A stretch of 64,000 nucleotides of DNA from Octopus bimaculoides (Eukaryota). Positions 51,146 to 63,480 of the stretch are shown in pieces (the first letter of the stretch is position 1; each line of letters begins with the position of its first letter). A program made the translations under genes and the position numbers. The notes below the pieces were generated by a model. It saw only the letters and a program-made list of their open reading frames with translations, ran no database searches and was not told the origin of the DNA. The stretch spans positions 98,243,816-98,307,815 of the forward strand of contig NC_068984.1 of NCBI RefSeq assembly GCF_001194135.2, written 5' to 3'.

Positions 51146-51859
51146 CAAAGTTGTTGTTTTTAAATAAAAAAAAAATAAAGAGCAACCAAATCTTAAATTA
51201 TTCTATTCTAAAGGTGATCATAGCTGGTCATGTTAATAGTGTTTTGATTCATCAACTGAATGTTACTCAGCAGTTTCCTTGACTGTTTTTGTCTTATGTC
51301 CCACTTTGACTTTCCAAAAGACATGTATCCCCTCTTTGAACAGAGTTAGACTATAGCTCGCATGTATCCAAAAATGGCTTTAATAATATTGTTATTACAA
51401 GTTTTATTCACTTTTTACTGACACCCCATTCTGAAATAACTGATACCCTACTGCTGGTCAGTGTGAAGGACCTCACCTTGAGAAACACTGGTCCATTGCT
51501 CGTATCTCTTCACTGACATGGTTCTGGTCCATGACCAAGTCACTCAGTTCTCAAATGATCCAGTCCAAGGAGCAGTACTGAACACACATATAGTCAATGA
51601 GCCTTTTTTTTTTTTTTTGTTTATTTTCAATGAAATGTGATCACCCTTGTTACATTGTCTCTTGTCTTACTTGGAATTGTGGCCAAATTACCATCATCAT
51701 ACTATCTTAAATCTAGTCTAGGCAGTGGTGTGATAACTCGGAAATTTTAATTAATTAAAATTAGAATCATGCAGCATGAACACACACACTGACAAAGTTA
51801 CACACATGAGGAACTCTTAGTAATTTTTTTTTTTTTGTCTTGCAAGTACTTGGTGACCC

Positions 51860-52150
51860 TGTCAGTGCGGGCGCACTTAAAAGCACCCAGTCCACACTGT
51901 AAAGTGGTTGACGTTTGGAAAGGCATCTAGCTGTAAAAAACCTTGCCAAAACTGACCTCACCTGTGCTTGTTCCATGTAAAAAGCATTAAGTCCACTCTG
52001 CTGAGTGGTTGGTATTAGAAAGGGCATCCAGCTGTAAAAATCCTGCCAAAACAGTTACAGAAGTCTGGTGCAAGCTTCTGCCTGGCCGGCTCTTGTCAAA
52101 CTGTCTCACTCATGCCAGCACGAAAGGTAGACATTTAAACAATGATGATG
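51860..52150 (+). mobile_element. RTE tail fragment with an internally duplicated 'gtggttg..gaagggcatccagctgtaaaa' segment
   Basis: The segment occurs at about 51900 and again at about 52000; ends 'catgccagcacg...gacatttaaacaatgatgatg'. Confidence 0.65.
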
Positions 52151-53504
52151 TGTGTTTGTGTAGTTAACACACACACACATACATACTTACATAGTGACTA
52201 GACATACACGAACCTCACAAGGCATAGGTGAGGTTGTCTATTCAAGACATATGAACAGCCTGACTTACAATAATTTCTTTTTTTTTTTTTCGTTACTTAG
52301 AGCTTTGATCAATTTCTGTGCAAAATTAATGAACTGGAAAAAATGAATCTCAAATATGCACAGACATGATGATGATGATAACACACACACATTGAGAGTG
52401 AGTTTGCTTTGTATCTATGTGGTTTCAGATTCAATGCCACTATGTGATGTCTTGTGAGTAAATTGGTTGTTAGAAACTGTATGGAAGCCCATCGTGTGTG
52501 TGTGAATATTTATGTTCTGCACAACTCTTGGGCTAAACAGTGATGTCATGTTTACAGTCCATTTAGGTGATCTGTCTTGTAACTCTGCACTTTCAAAGAC
52601 TAGTGGAGAGAAAATTAATTTAGTTGAAAAACAGGTAAACATTGGCATCAAAGTAAGCATCTAGCTGTAAAATGCTAGTATGACTATATATGTTACTCAC
52701 AGGCATGCACAGCAAAGTGTCCTTGTTTGTATGGATTGGATATGTTTAGTGAATGTTTAATGAAATGGAGCAAATGTTTCTATGTTTGTCAGCCAGCCAA
52801 AACTCATGTGTTGAAGTTAGCTGTGAGTCTGTCATGTCTACAAGGAATTCTATGCTTAGTTGCTTGACTTGTAGGAAATAATAGCCAAGTTTCCTTGAAA
52901 TCATANNNNNNNNNNNNNNNNNNNNNNNNNNNNNNNNNNNNNNNNNNNNNNNNNNNNNNNNNNNNNNNNNNNNNNNNNNNNNNNNNNNNNNNNNNNNNNN
53001 NNNNNNNNNNNNNNNNNNNTGCTTAGTTGCTTGACTTGTAGGAAATAATAGCCAAGTTTCCTTGAAATCATACACTCACCTAAACATAAAATCTCACTGA
53101 ATAGTAATAAAGTCCTAGATATATTATATTTGACAAAGACGGGATTGTCATGGTTGGAATGTCTTATCAGTGCTAGCCTGTGGCTAAACAACAACAGTAA
53201 CAGAAGACAATAGGGGAGCTTCTATTTTCTCACTTAACTGGCCTGAAATAGCAACCAAATCTCCTTAAAGTTACACTTTAATGTCTTAAAAAATAATGAA
53301 GGAAGGACACATTTAATAATGTAGCCATAGATATACTGTCAGAAAAGAAAACACAGGATGGTTAGAGTTGTAATGTCTTTAACCATAGGCATACTGGATC
53401 AGGGTTGACTTTGGATTAAACAACAGTAGTTTTGTGTGTGTGTCTCTTTATCATTTCACTTTCAAAACCTTTAAGGAAAAGAATTATCAGTGTTCAAGCC
53501 TATT

Positions 53505-55703
53505 CCTGTCTCCAATCCTTTCCTGGGAGGTTAGCTTTTGACAAAAAAGAGGATATAGCATCACAAAATGTGGAGGACAACTGGTTCCTATGGAATAACC
53601 TGTTGAGGGCTACTGACCAGAAATGTGGCTGGTGCAAAGTTCCCTCTCAACCTAAGGTAAAGTGGTGGAGGAACAACGTAGTTGACAGGGTCATTAGGGA
53701 AAAGAAACATGGAAGGACTGGAAAAGTGATGGTAGCAGTGAACAGGAGACAGGTTTTCTTAGCCAGAGGGGAAGCAGATAAGAAAACAATTGCCAATGTT
53801 CTGCATTGTGAGGGCCAGAGAATTAAAGTGTTTCATATTGCAAGACGGTGTTGTCATAAGAGAGAAATGTGTCCGCATACATGATGGCTCACTTGCATTT
53901 AATAAGGCTGCAAAGAGAGAAAATTGGAGATGCTGCTATGAAAGGTTGCTAAATGAAGAGAATGAATGGAAGAAAGAGAGTCTGCCAAATGTCAACCCAA
54001 CAGAGGGACCAGCTATTTGAATTGACAGTACCTTGGTAGAAAAAGCAATTAAGGGTATGGAGACGGAAACTCCTCAGCCCATCAGGAATCACTGCTGAGA
54101 TGCTTAAAATATCTGGCTATTGTCTAGTCACCCATATAGTCAGCTAGATGATACATGAAGGAGTCATGCCTGATGACTGGTGTAGCAGCACCATAGTCAA
54201 CTGCTACAAAGGTAAAGGTGACGCATTAGATAGGAATAATTACAGAGGTATCAAATTGTTGGCTCAGGTGATGAAAGTCATGGAGAGGGTCATAGCCCAA
54301 CTAATTAGGGAAAGAGTTAGTTTAGATGAGATGTAGTTTGGGTTTGTGCCAGGGAGAAGCACCATTGATATATTTCTGGTAAGACAGCTGCAGGAGAAAT
54401 TCCTAGTCAAAGATAAACCTCTGTACTTGGCTTTTGTTGACATGGAGAAAGCCTTTGACAGGGTCCCCCAATCTCTTATCTGGTGGTCAATGCAGAAACT
54501 AAGGATAGATGAGTGGTTGGTGAGAGCTGTATGAGCCATATACAGGGATGCTGTCAGTGGTGGGGGTTGACAACGATTTTAGTGAAGAATTCTGGGTAGA
54601 AGTGGGGGTTCTTCCACCCCCTCTTATTCATTATAGTCCTCCAGGCAATAACAAAGGAATTCAAGACAGGATGCCCCTGGGAGCTCCTCTATGCTGATGA
54701 CCTTACTCTAATAGCTGGGTCACTACCAGAATTACAAAAGACGTTTCAGGTGTGGAAGCAAGGTCTAGAATCAAAGGGCCTTAGAGTCAATCTAGCAAAA
54801 ACCAAAGTCTTAGTAAGTAGGAAGACAAACAAATCCCAAATCTCTTCAGGTAGATGGCCCTGCTCGATCTGTTGAAAAAGTGTAGGTAGAAACTCCATAT
54901 GATGTACCTGGTGTAAGTTATGGACACATAAGTGGTGCAGCAATATCAAAGCGAAGTTAACTGGGAAGATAGTTTTTGTGTGTGGCAGATGCACAGGGGG
55001 CAGTAAACACTGAAGATGTGCAGAAAACAGATTCCATCACATGCCAGGGGAAAAAACTAGAAGTAGTTGATACTTTCTGTTACCTAGGTGACCAAGTCAG
55101 TTTCAGAGGTGGATGCTCTGAGAGCGTAGCTGCTAGAATAAGAATAGCCTGGGTAAAGTTCAGAGAGCTCCTACCTCTGCTGGTAACAAAGGCCTCTCAC
55201 TCAGAATGAAAGGTAGACTGTATGATGCATGTGTGTGAACAGCCATGATACATGCCAATGAAATATGGGCTGTAACTGCTGAGGACATGCGTAGGAGATT
55301 GTAGCCATGGCTGATGCCAGTGTTGCATAACTGGCCCATTTAAAAGTGCCCTTCAATCATCGTGCAATATGCTGTGCTTGAGAAGACCTATTGAGTCAAG
55401 TCAAATTGTAGTCGTGGCTGATGCCAATGCCACCTGACTAGCACTTGTGCCAGTGGCATGTATAGAGCACCATTCAAGTGTGGTCAATGCCAGTGCCACG
55501 CCTGACTGGCTCTCATGTCGGTGACACATAAAAAGCATCCACTATACTTATGGAGTAGTTGGCATTAGGAAAGGCATCCAGCTGTAGAAACCTTGCCAGA
55601 TCAGATTGGAGCCTGGTGCAGCCTCTTGACTTGCTATTCCTCAAGCAAGCCGTCCAAACCATGCCAGCACAGAAAGCAGGCATTAAATGATGATGAGGAT
55701 GAT
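53505..55703 (+). mobile_element. RTE LINE remnant, ~2.2 kb: inter-domain region, RT (YADD 54690-54701), internal deletion, then 3' UTR and GAT tail; stops and frameshifts present
   Basis: 'NYRGIKLLAQVMKVMERV', 'GFVPGRST', 'LYLAFVDMEKAFDRVP', 'ELLYADDL', 'FCYLGD' and 'KFRELLPLL'. Confidence 0.93.
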
Positions 55704-55849
55704 TAATTATGGACAAATAACCTATTATTTATTTCGGGTTAAATAATCTTATCAACCTGTTGTGACATTCTAGCTATAACCTTTAATTTTTTTACCTAGA
55801 TGTAGAGTATTTAAGAAAATGTTGATTTAAAAGTAAGGAGGAAGAGTGG

Positions 55850-56090
55850 ATGGTAGAATTCATAAAACAGTGGTAGATAAATTCTTGTGACGGAACTGGT
55901 AGATTGTTAGCTATAATGTTTTGTGGTATTCAGTTATGGTAGAATTAATAGCACATCAGACAAAATGTCTTGTAGTATTTAAGTATGTACTTTTACATTC
56001 TGAGTTCAAAACTTGCTGTTGTCAACTTTGATAAGGTTAATAAAATAATATACTGGTCATATACTGAGATCATTTTAATCAACTATTTTT
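55850..56090 (+). mobile_element. Decayed family-C SINE in sense orientation (rare in this gene)
   Basis: 'gaattaatagcac...caaaatg...tacattctgagttcaaa...gtcaactttg..aaataa.tactggtc'. Confidence 0.55.
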
Positions 56091-56288
56091 GTACCAAAGA
56101 ACTGCCAATGTTAGAAATCACTATTATTTTATGTTAAATGTTGTAGATGTTTATTTATGATATTTCTTAATAATCATGGGGTTTAATTCTTTTTGGAAAC
56201 ATTGAATGAAGGTTTAATAAATTATTCTTTTCAATATGTCCACTAAATTTTTCTTACCATTGTTCATGTATCACTATCATTATGATAG

Positions 56289-56410
56289 GGTTACGTACTT
56301 GCGTTGAATATGGTTATCAAGTATCTGAAGAACCTTTTGAAGTTGCAGGCTCTACCAGCAACCCATTTTCTTTTGCCCCATTTAAAGGTCGTATGAATAA
56401 ATTAAAACAA
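56289..56410 (+). CDS. BARD1: BARD1 exon (exon 10 equivalent), BRCT1 end and linker: (W)LRTCVEYGYQVSEEPFEVAGSTSNPFSFAPFKGRMNKLKQ
   Basis: gatAG acceptor and GTaagt donor; 122 nt, phase 1/0; completes the split TGG codon of the BRCT WxxxC motif; contains 'EE.FEV.G'. Confidence 0.9.
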
Positions 56411-57611
56411 GTAAGTTGATATTTCCTTCACTATGTTGAAATGATGTTCTTGAACTAGCTAATCTCATAATATCTAAAATCATATTGTTTACTTGAAGTT
56501 ATCTTATCGAACCAAACCTCTATATCTGCAAATGAGTAGAACCGACTAATTGTTTTGGGTGCCCATGTAGTTACAAGCAAACATAAACACAGCTTTGGCT
56601 CTCCCACCCTTGGGCCAGCAGGAACTCCAGCATGCGACTGCTGGAGGAAAAGAGGGTTGCACCAACACTATTTTTGTATTAATTTTTGAAACTGAGCAAA
56701 CTAAACAATGTGAAATGAAGTACCTTCCTCAAGAATACAACATACTGCTTGGTCCAGGAATCAAATCCATGACCTTGCAGTTGTGAGTCTAACACCCTAA
56801 TCATTATTCTTCACACCATGCTGTCTTAGTAAAATAAATAAATCATAGAAATATATAGATTCTGATAAGTCAGTTTGTATTGCCTATGTTTTGTATTGTA
56901 CAGAACCACCAATATTACTCTAGAGTGATTTGACAATGTTAGAAAGTCATTTCAATGAGATGATTTCATCATATCCTCTGTGTGTTGCATATGCTTTCTG
57001 CAAAATTATCATGTTCAACATAGCCAGCACTCCATTTCTGGATTAATTCAGAAATGCTAGTTATGTAGGTATACAAATGAAGTAGATCATTCAAGATTGT
57101 TATAGAAACAATTTACACATCCCTGTCTACACGAATGGAAAGTATATAAAAGAACATAGAAAAAGATTCAACTGATAATTATCCAAACTGAGTGTCTCCT
57201 GAACTCAAGTTAACCAATAATATTGCAGAATATCTTATAAAACACCAGTGGATGTAGTAAGAAATTATTCAGAAACACACAGGAGATGGGTGATGTATCA
57301 CATTCTGATCAGACAATACTCTACAGATAATTTTAAAATCCCTTACAATTTCAAGTCTCTGATTATAATCAGTAAATTACTACAACTTGTATAAATTACC
57401 CAAGTTACCAATGTTCCAATTGAATATTCACATTCCAAGGAAACTTGTGGTGGTCTGTGTCAATAAAAGGTATAGTTGTTTCACTCTGCTATACTCATCT
57501 TACTTCAGTGAATTTTGATCCAGTATGAGAAACCAGTGTAACTATGGCTGTTGTTATTTCTACTTACATGTTTTTGTCAAGCCTTTTATTCCTATTTTTC
57601 CCTTTCTACAG

Positions 57612-57962
57612 CTACCTCGATTATTTGATGGATGTCAATTCTACTTTCATGGAGCTTTCAACTCACCTGTACCAACCAAAGAAGAGCTGATGGATTTAGT
57701 TAAGCAAGGAGGTGGTCATGTGTTGTCTCGAGAACCAAGACTTCATACACTTGATGAGCTTAATTTGACTGTTCCGTATCATGCTGTTAACTGTGATAAC
57801 AACATTAGCCAATGTGGACTGTTTATTGTATACGCTGAGAAAACTAATGATCTCACCTTTCACCAACACCCTAAACTATGTACTGTCTCAGTGTCTTGCC
57901 TTATGGAGAGTATAGCAACCTTCTTTCTGTGTAAACTACATGGAATTATACCTCAGCTTTAA
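57612..57962 (+). CDS. BARD1: BARD1 terminal exon (exon 11 equivalent), BRCT2: LPRLFDGCQFYFHG...ELMDLVKQGGGHVLSREP...IIPQL*
   Basis: Polypyrimidine tract with ctacAG acceptor; phase 0; 'LP.LFDGC.FY..G' and 'GGG..LSR.P' match BARD1 BRCT2; stop TAA at 57960-57962. Confidence 0.95.
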   Translation, partial: LPRLFDGCQFYFHGAFNSPVPTKEELMDLVKQGGGHVLSREPRLHTLDELNLTVPYHAVNCDNNISQCGLFIVYAEKTNDLTFHQHPKLCTVSVSCLMESIATFFLCKLHGIIPQL

Positions 57963-58075
57963 TGGACTCATCATCACAACTTTCTACTGTATTGAGGTTA
58001 TACATGATGTTTGTCTTATGAGCTAAAGTTTTTCTGTTGAGCTGTTGAAGTTATCTGCAATCATTTTTTTTAATG

Positions 58076-58335
58076 AACAAAATCTATCTTCCAATATTTT
58101 TTTAATAAACAAAATCTATCTTCCAATATTTTTTTAATAAACAAAATCTATCTTCCAATATTTTTTCAGCTAAACTGAAGCTACTCTACAATATTTTTTT
58201 ACTGAACTGAGTTTACTTTCCAATATTTTTCTAACAAACTGAGGATATCCCACAGTATTTTCCGACTGAACTGTGGCTTTCCTTTAATATTTTTTTATTG
58301 ATCTGAGACTACACTATAATATTTTTCTATTAAAC
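58076..58335 (+). repeat. ~32-bp minisatellite in the putative BARD1 3' UTR (about 8 units, first three near-identical)
   Basis: aacaaaatctatcttccaatatttttttaata repeats at 58076, 58108 and 58140, followed by progressively diverged aactga...aatattttt units. Confidence 0.8.
58104..58141 (+). promoter_or_regulatory. Candidate polyadenylation signals (AATAAA at 58104-58109 and 58136-58141); further AATAAA at 58621 and 59534
   Basis: Hexamers downstream of the BARD1 stop; which one is used cannot be determined from sequence. Confidence 0.35.
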
Positions 58336-60008
58336 GGATGCCATCCACTCTTATATTTTTTTGTATTTATTGAAGTCAAGAGGCAGAAACACAACAAGGT
58401 CCATATTCTTTGTTAATTATAGATTGAAGGTTTATAAGTGATAACTGGATGAAGATTCTGTTAAATTGTTCTATGTTATTTATCTTGATTACTAAACTTT
58501 TTTTTTCATCTGAAGGAGAGAGCAGGGCTCACAATCCCTTTAGGTCCTCACAAACTAAAATATAGGGATAACTTTGTTAGGTATGTAATAAAACCAAAGG
58601 TATTGCATTAAGTGCTTTACAATAAATTGTTCCTCCCACTATCTTGTAAGTTCAAATCCTACCAAGATCAGTGTTTTGCCTTTCATTAGTGGTAAAGTGA
58701 TAAAGTAACTATCAGTGCTGTACTATCAACATATCACTCCCAATTAGTTGTGATGTAATATTTTGAATGAGACAATTGAAGTTTGAAATTGTCTGTAACT
58801 GTGCAAAGATAGCTGAAATCTGAACTAATCCTTACAGTTGTGAATTTTGTAAAATTATTTTACACTATTGTGATATTATAGTTTTTGTTTTAATATATAC
58901 CAATGTATTATGTTTTGTTTGTTGTAATATTTACTGTTTTTCATACTAGAGAATGTGTTGTTTTTATATATATATATAATAATATTGACCATTTGTTTTA
59001 ATATACTGGAGAACGTGTTATGTGACTTTTTATGCAGTAATATTAACTATTTGTAGTTTAATATAATGTCTGTTATCTTGATTATTTCCGCAGTAAATTA
59101 CTGTCATTCAATAGTTCAGTTAATGTGGCATATTTAATGTAGTCAGCATCACGTACTTAATTAGAAATTATATGGTCAAGAAAAGGCAATGTTTGCTATT
59201 ATATCTCAGCAAAAATAGGAGACAACTGTGGACATTATTTACATTTGACGGATATTTGTCCTCATCTTGTTTGTTGTTGACAAATATCTGTCAAATGTAA
59301 ATAATGTACATAATTCCTCATCTCTTAAATATAGAACTGAACTGTGGACATGTTTTCACCTTATTGGACCCGTTTCAACAAAGCATACATTTCATTATAT
59401 TTTAACTTCAGTGACTTGTTTTTTAAAATATGTTTCCACTCATATTTGCATTACTTGTATAGTGTTGTATATAGACTTAATTGCTTTCTCATGACTCTGG
59501 CAGGGAAGGTAAACTGCTTCACAGAAGAAGTCTAATAAAACAGTTGTCTCCCATACTTACCACAATAATGAAAATAGTGTCATTAAGTTAATGTTGCCTT
59601 TTCTTTGACACGTAATTATTTCTAATCAGATTTTTTTTTTTTCTGATGCTTTGAACATTAATTATGTTAACATTAACTTGACTATTGTTTTTTTCATGCA
59701 GATGATATGTCTGAGTAGCTATTCTTGTGATTTATTTTGTTATAATCTTGTTAATTAGGAAGGTGGATCGGCCCAATTGCCAGAGCATTGTATAAAATTG
59801 ACCCTAATGCCCAACATAACTCCTGCCATTAAATTGATGGCTTTGTGTCTATGTAAGAAAATATAATTCATTCAGCTCTCAGTTAAAATGATGACACCAG
59901 AATATTAAAAGTACATTGACTCCAGCTGGATTTGAACTCAGAATGTGAAAGAACATAACAAAATATTACATTTTGACAAACAGTTACCAAATCTACCTTT
60001 TCTACTCA

Positions 60009-60040
<32 letters not shown>

Positions 60041-60599
60041 TTCAAATTTTGGCACAAGGCCAGCAATTTCGAGGGTGGTGTAAGTCGATTACATCAATAG
60101 ACGAATTGTTACTAAGCATTTTGCCCAGCATGCTTATGATTCTGTCAGCTCTCCACCCTAATAGTTATAATAATAATGACAATTTCTAATACTGGCACAA
60201 GGCCATAGTTTATGGGTCATGGGTTATCTATAAATATGAAACAAAGGATGTCTGTGTGTGTAATAGGTATGAATTTCTACAGTTTTTAACCAATTTTCAC
60301 CAAACATTATATACACATTACTTAAGTGCTACAGCTGGTCATGCACTATAATATTTTGCCCAGAGCTCCCACATAATGCAACAAACCAAATGTGAAAAAA
60401 AGTATTCACATTTCTCACTCTATTGAAAACCGTTGTGTAATATTGCTTCACTTTTATTTTCTCACTATTGTTTATGTGTTTGCATGTTCAATGCATGCAA
60501 GATAGTAAAGGATATTTCAAACTATGACGATGATGTTACATATATGAGTGTGTATATGTCTTTGAATGTATGAGTGTGTATGTCTGTATGTATGTGTGT

Positions 60600-62200
60600 T
60601 CCCATGTTAGGTACGCTATTAAACACACAAACATCTACACATACATATACACATGATGACTGACATGCGTGAATGTATGTCTAGGTGTCTCTCTTACTAT
60701 ATGCCTGTGTCTGTATGTGAGAGTGTATGTGGGCATATCATCACATTTTGTATATGAATGTGTCAGCAAGTGTGTTTGTGTTTGCACACCTGTTACGTTA
60801 TCAAACACACACACACATCTACACCAACTCTTGACAAAAAACAATTACATGGAAGGTTCAAGTTATATAAAAATACACATCTACCATTCCATTAACAGTT
60901 CATAATTATCACAGCAGTTGCAAGGTTGCAAAGTATTTACAATTTGCTTATATTTAGTTACCTTACACTCCATACATACAACTGCTTACAAAAATAGAAA
61001 TTAATGAATTTTTTTTCTATATACATAATTTTTTGTTTAAAATATTGAAAAAAAATATGCCACTATAGGAAAAATGTAATCTCTCCAGAAACACCTATAA
61101 AACAAGGAGAAGTGCAGAAAACTGAAGGTGAGAGTCTCAAGAGAGAAGGGAGATGAGACTTTGTCAAGATCAGCAAAAGCATGGTACAGCACATCAGATG
61201 GAGTCTCAAGGGAGAAGGGAGATGACACTTTCCCAAGATCAGCAAAGGCATGCTGCAGTACTTAATGTTGAATCATTAAAACAATTTAGCATGCCAGATA
61301 GAATAGTCCTCCGAAACAGACCGTGTACAAATTCGTTCTTCACAACACCCGGAGCTGTTTTCAGATATGATCCATCCCATTCTTATAAAAATGATAATTC
61401 TGTCCAAATTGGTGTGCTAAACTCAAATTGTCGTTTATGCACAGCTTTAACATTTACTCCACAAATGTTTTGTTGTCAATGCTGCACTTTCTTGTATCAC
61501 CTGTTTTAACATGAATATAATATATATAAGCTGAACATTAGAAGCATCAGTTGTGGTGTGCAAGAGAGACGATTGCGCTGGTATGGACATGTGGTGAGAA
61601 TGGATGAGGATAGCTGCGTGAAAAAGTGCCACACCCTAACAGTTGAGGGAACTCGTGGAAGATGTAGGCCCAGGAAGACCTGGGCTGAGGTGGTGAGGCA
61701 AGACCTTCGTACATTGGGCCTCACCGAGGCGATGACTACTGACCGAGACCTTTGGAAATGTGCTGTGCATGAGAAGACCCGGCAAGCCAAGTAAGATCGT
61801 TGCCAGTGCCCCTGGACTGGTTCTTGTGCGGGTGGCACATGAGATGCACCATTTTGAGCGTGGCCGTTGCCAGTACCGCCTGACTGGCTCCCGTAGGATT
61901 TTCGAGTGAGATCGTTGCCAGTGCCCCTGGACTGGCTTGTGCGGGTGGCCGTTTTCGTGCGGGTGACACGTAAAAGCACCCACTACACTCTCTGAGTGGT
62001 TGGCGTTAGGAAGGGTATCCAGCTGTAGAAACTCTGCCAAATTAGACTGGAGCCTGGTGTTGCCATCCGGTTTCACCAGTCCTCAGTCAAATCGTCCAAC
62101 CCATGCTAGCATGGAAAGCGGACGTTAAACAATGATGATGATATAGATACATCCAAACTATGCTGTTTTAATCCCAAGCAACGCCGAGTACCTCTGCTAG
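60600..62200 (+). mobile_element. Internally deleted Helitron: N-terminal coding relic (about 61037-61490) and 3' hairpin plus CTAG terminus; 5' boundary uncertain
   Basis: 'ESQERREMRL' repeats and 'AVFRYDPSHSY....VQIGVL...CRLC.A..F....CC' resemble the Helitron N-terminal Zn-finger; end 'cccaagcaacgccgagtacctctgCTAG|T' at 62197-62201. Confidence 0.7.
61542..62141 (+). mobile_element. RTE LINE 3' end (ORF terminus, UTR with 2-3 62-bp-type units, (GAT)n tail) nested in the Helitron relic
   Basis: ORF 61558-61794 'QERRLRWYGHVVRM...GRPRKTW...EKTRQAK*'; tail cccatgctagcatggaaagcggacgttaaacaatgatgatgat. Confidence 0.9.
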
Positions 62201-62435
62201 TAGATTAACTACAACAACTCGAATACTTCACAGATATCTTATTTCATTCACTTTGGAAGGATTAAATGCAAAATCAGGTGATAGAACAATAATAATTTCT
62301 AATTTATGCATTTGATCAGCAGTTTTGAGGGGAAAGGGTTTAGCTGATACCATTGACAGGTGCTACCGCTAGTAATAATGTTGCATTTAGTGGATTATTC
62401 AGTTTATAGGCCTGAGCGATAAAAATGAAGAGACA

Positions 62436-62595
62436 CAGTTGTGGCTGTATGGTAAGAAGCTTGCTTCCTAGCCACATGGTTCCGGGTTCAGTCTCACTGT
62501 GTGGTACCTTGGGCAAGTGTCTTCTACTATAGCCTCGGGCTGACCAAAACCTTGTCAGTGGATTTGGTAGATGGAAACTGAAAGAATCCCATCGT
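62436..62595 (+). mobile_element. Family-A SINE 5' half
   Basis: 'gtggctgtatggtaagaagcttgcttcc..ccacatggttccgggttcagtctcactg...ggaaactgaaagaatcccatcgtat'. Confidence 0.8.
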
Positions 62596-63480
62596 ATCAT
62601 CATCATCATCATTTAACGTCCATTGTCTATGCTAGCATGGGTTCCTATCGCCAACCACTCCGAGAGTGTATTGGGTGCTTTTATGTTCCACTGGTGTGGG
62701 TGTCATTTGTGTGACACCAGTATCTTCCATGACTACAATTTTATTTGGCTTGATGGGTTTTCTCAAACATGACATAATGTCACAAGTCTCAGTCATTGCC
62801 TCTGTGAGGTCCAATGCTTGAAAGGAGCTTTTCATAAAGCCCAATGCTTGAAAGGTGCCAGTTACATGACACCAGCATCAGCCATGTCTATGATTTCACT
62901 TGACTTGACAGGTCTTCTCAGATACAGCATATCACCAAAGGTCTCGGTCACTAGTCATTGCCTTAGAGGCCCAAAGTTCAAAGATCATGCTTCACCACCT
63001 CATCTCATATCTTCCTGGGTCTACTTCTATCACAGGTTCTCTCCAGTTAGAGATCAGCACTTTACACAGCTGTTCTCATCCATATGCATCACATGATCAT
63101 ACTAATGCAGTCGTCTCTCTTGCACACCACATCTGATGCCTCTTATACCCAACTTTTCTCTCAAGATGCTTACATTCTGTTGAACAGGCACAGACATTGC
63201 ACATCCAGCAAAGCATAGTGGCTTCATTTCTTTCAGGCCTACACATGTCTTCAGCTGTCACAGCCCATGTTTCACTGTCACGCAGCATAGCTGTTCGCAC
63301 ACAGGCATCATGCAATCTACATTTCACTCTGAGAGAGGCCCTTTGTTGCCAGCAGAAGTAGGAGCTTTCTGAACTTTGCCCAGCCTATTCTTATTCTCAC
63401 AGCTACCCTCTCAGAGCATCCACCACCAACTTGGTCATTTAGATAACAGAAGCTATCTACTACTTCTAGCTTAACCCACT
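62596..63480 (-). mobile_element. RTE LINE 3' fragment with (GAT)n tail
   Basis: Minus-strand 'VVDSFCYL', 'RIRIGWAKFRKLLLLL', 'RLHDACVRTAML..SETW' and 'LTEAMT'; (cat)n at about 62596-62612. Confidence 0.85.

Noticed and set aside
53505-55703. Active RTE element
   Set aside because: No APE endonuclease, multiple stops and frameshifts, and an internal deletion before the 3' UTR
57525-57611. Start of ORF 57525-57962 as an independent gene
   Set aside because: The first 29 codons are the intron polypyrimidine tract; homology starts at the AG acceptor (57612)
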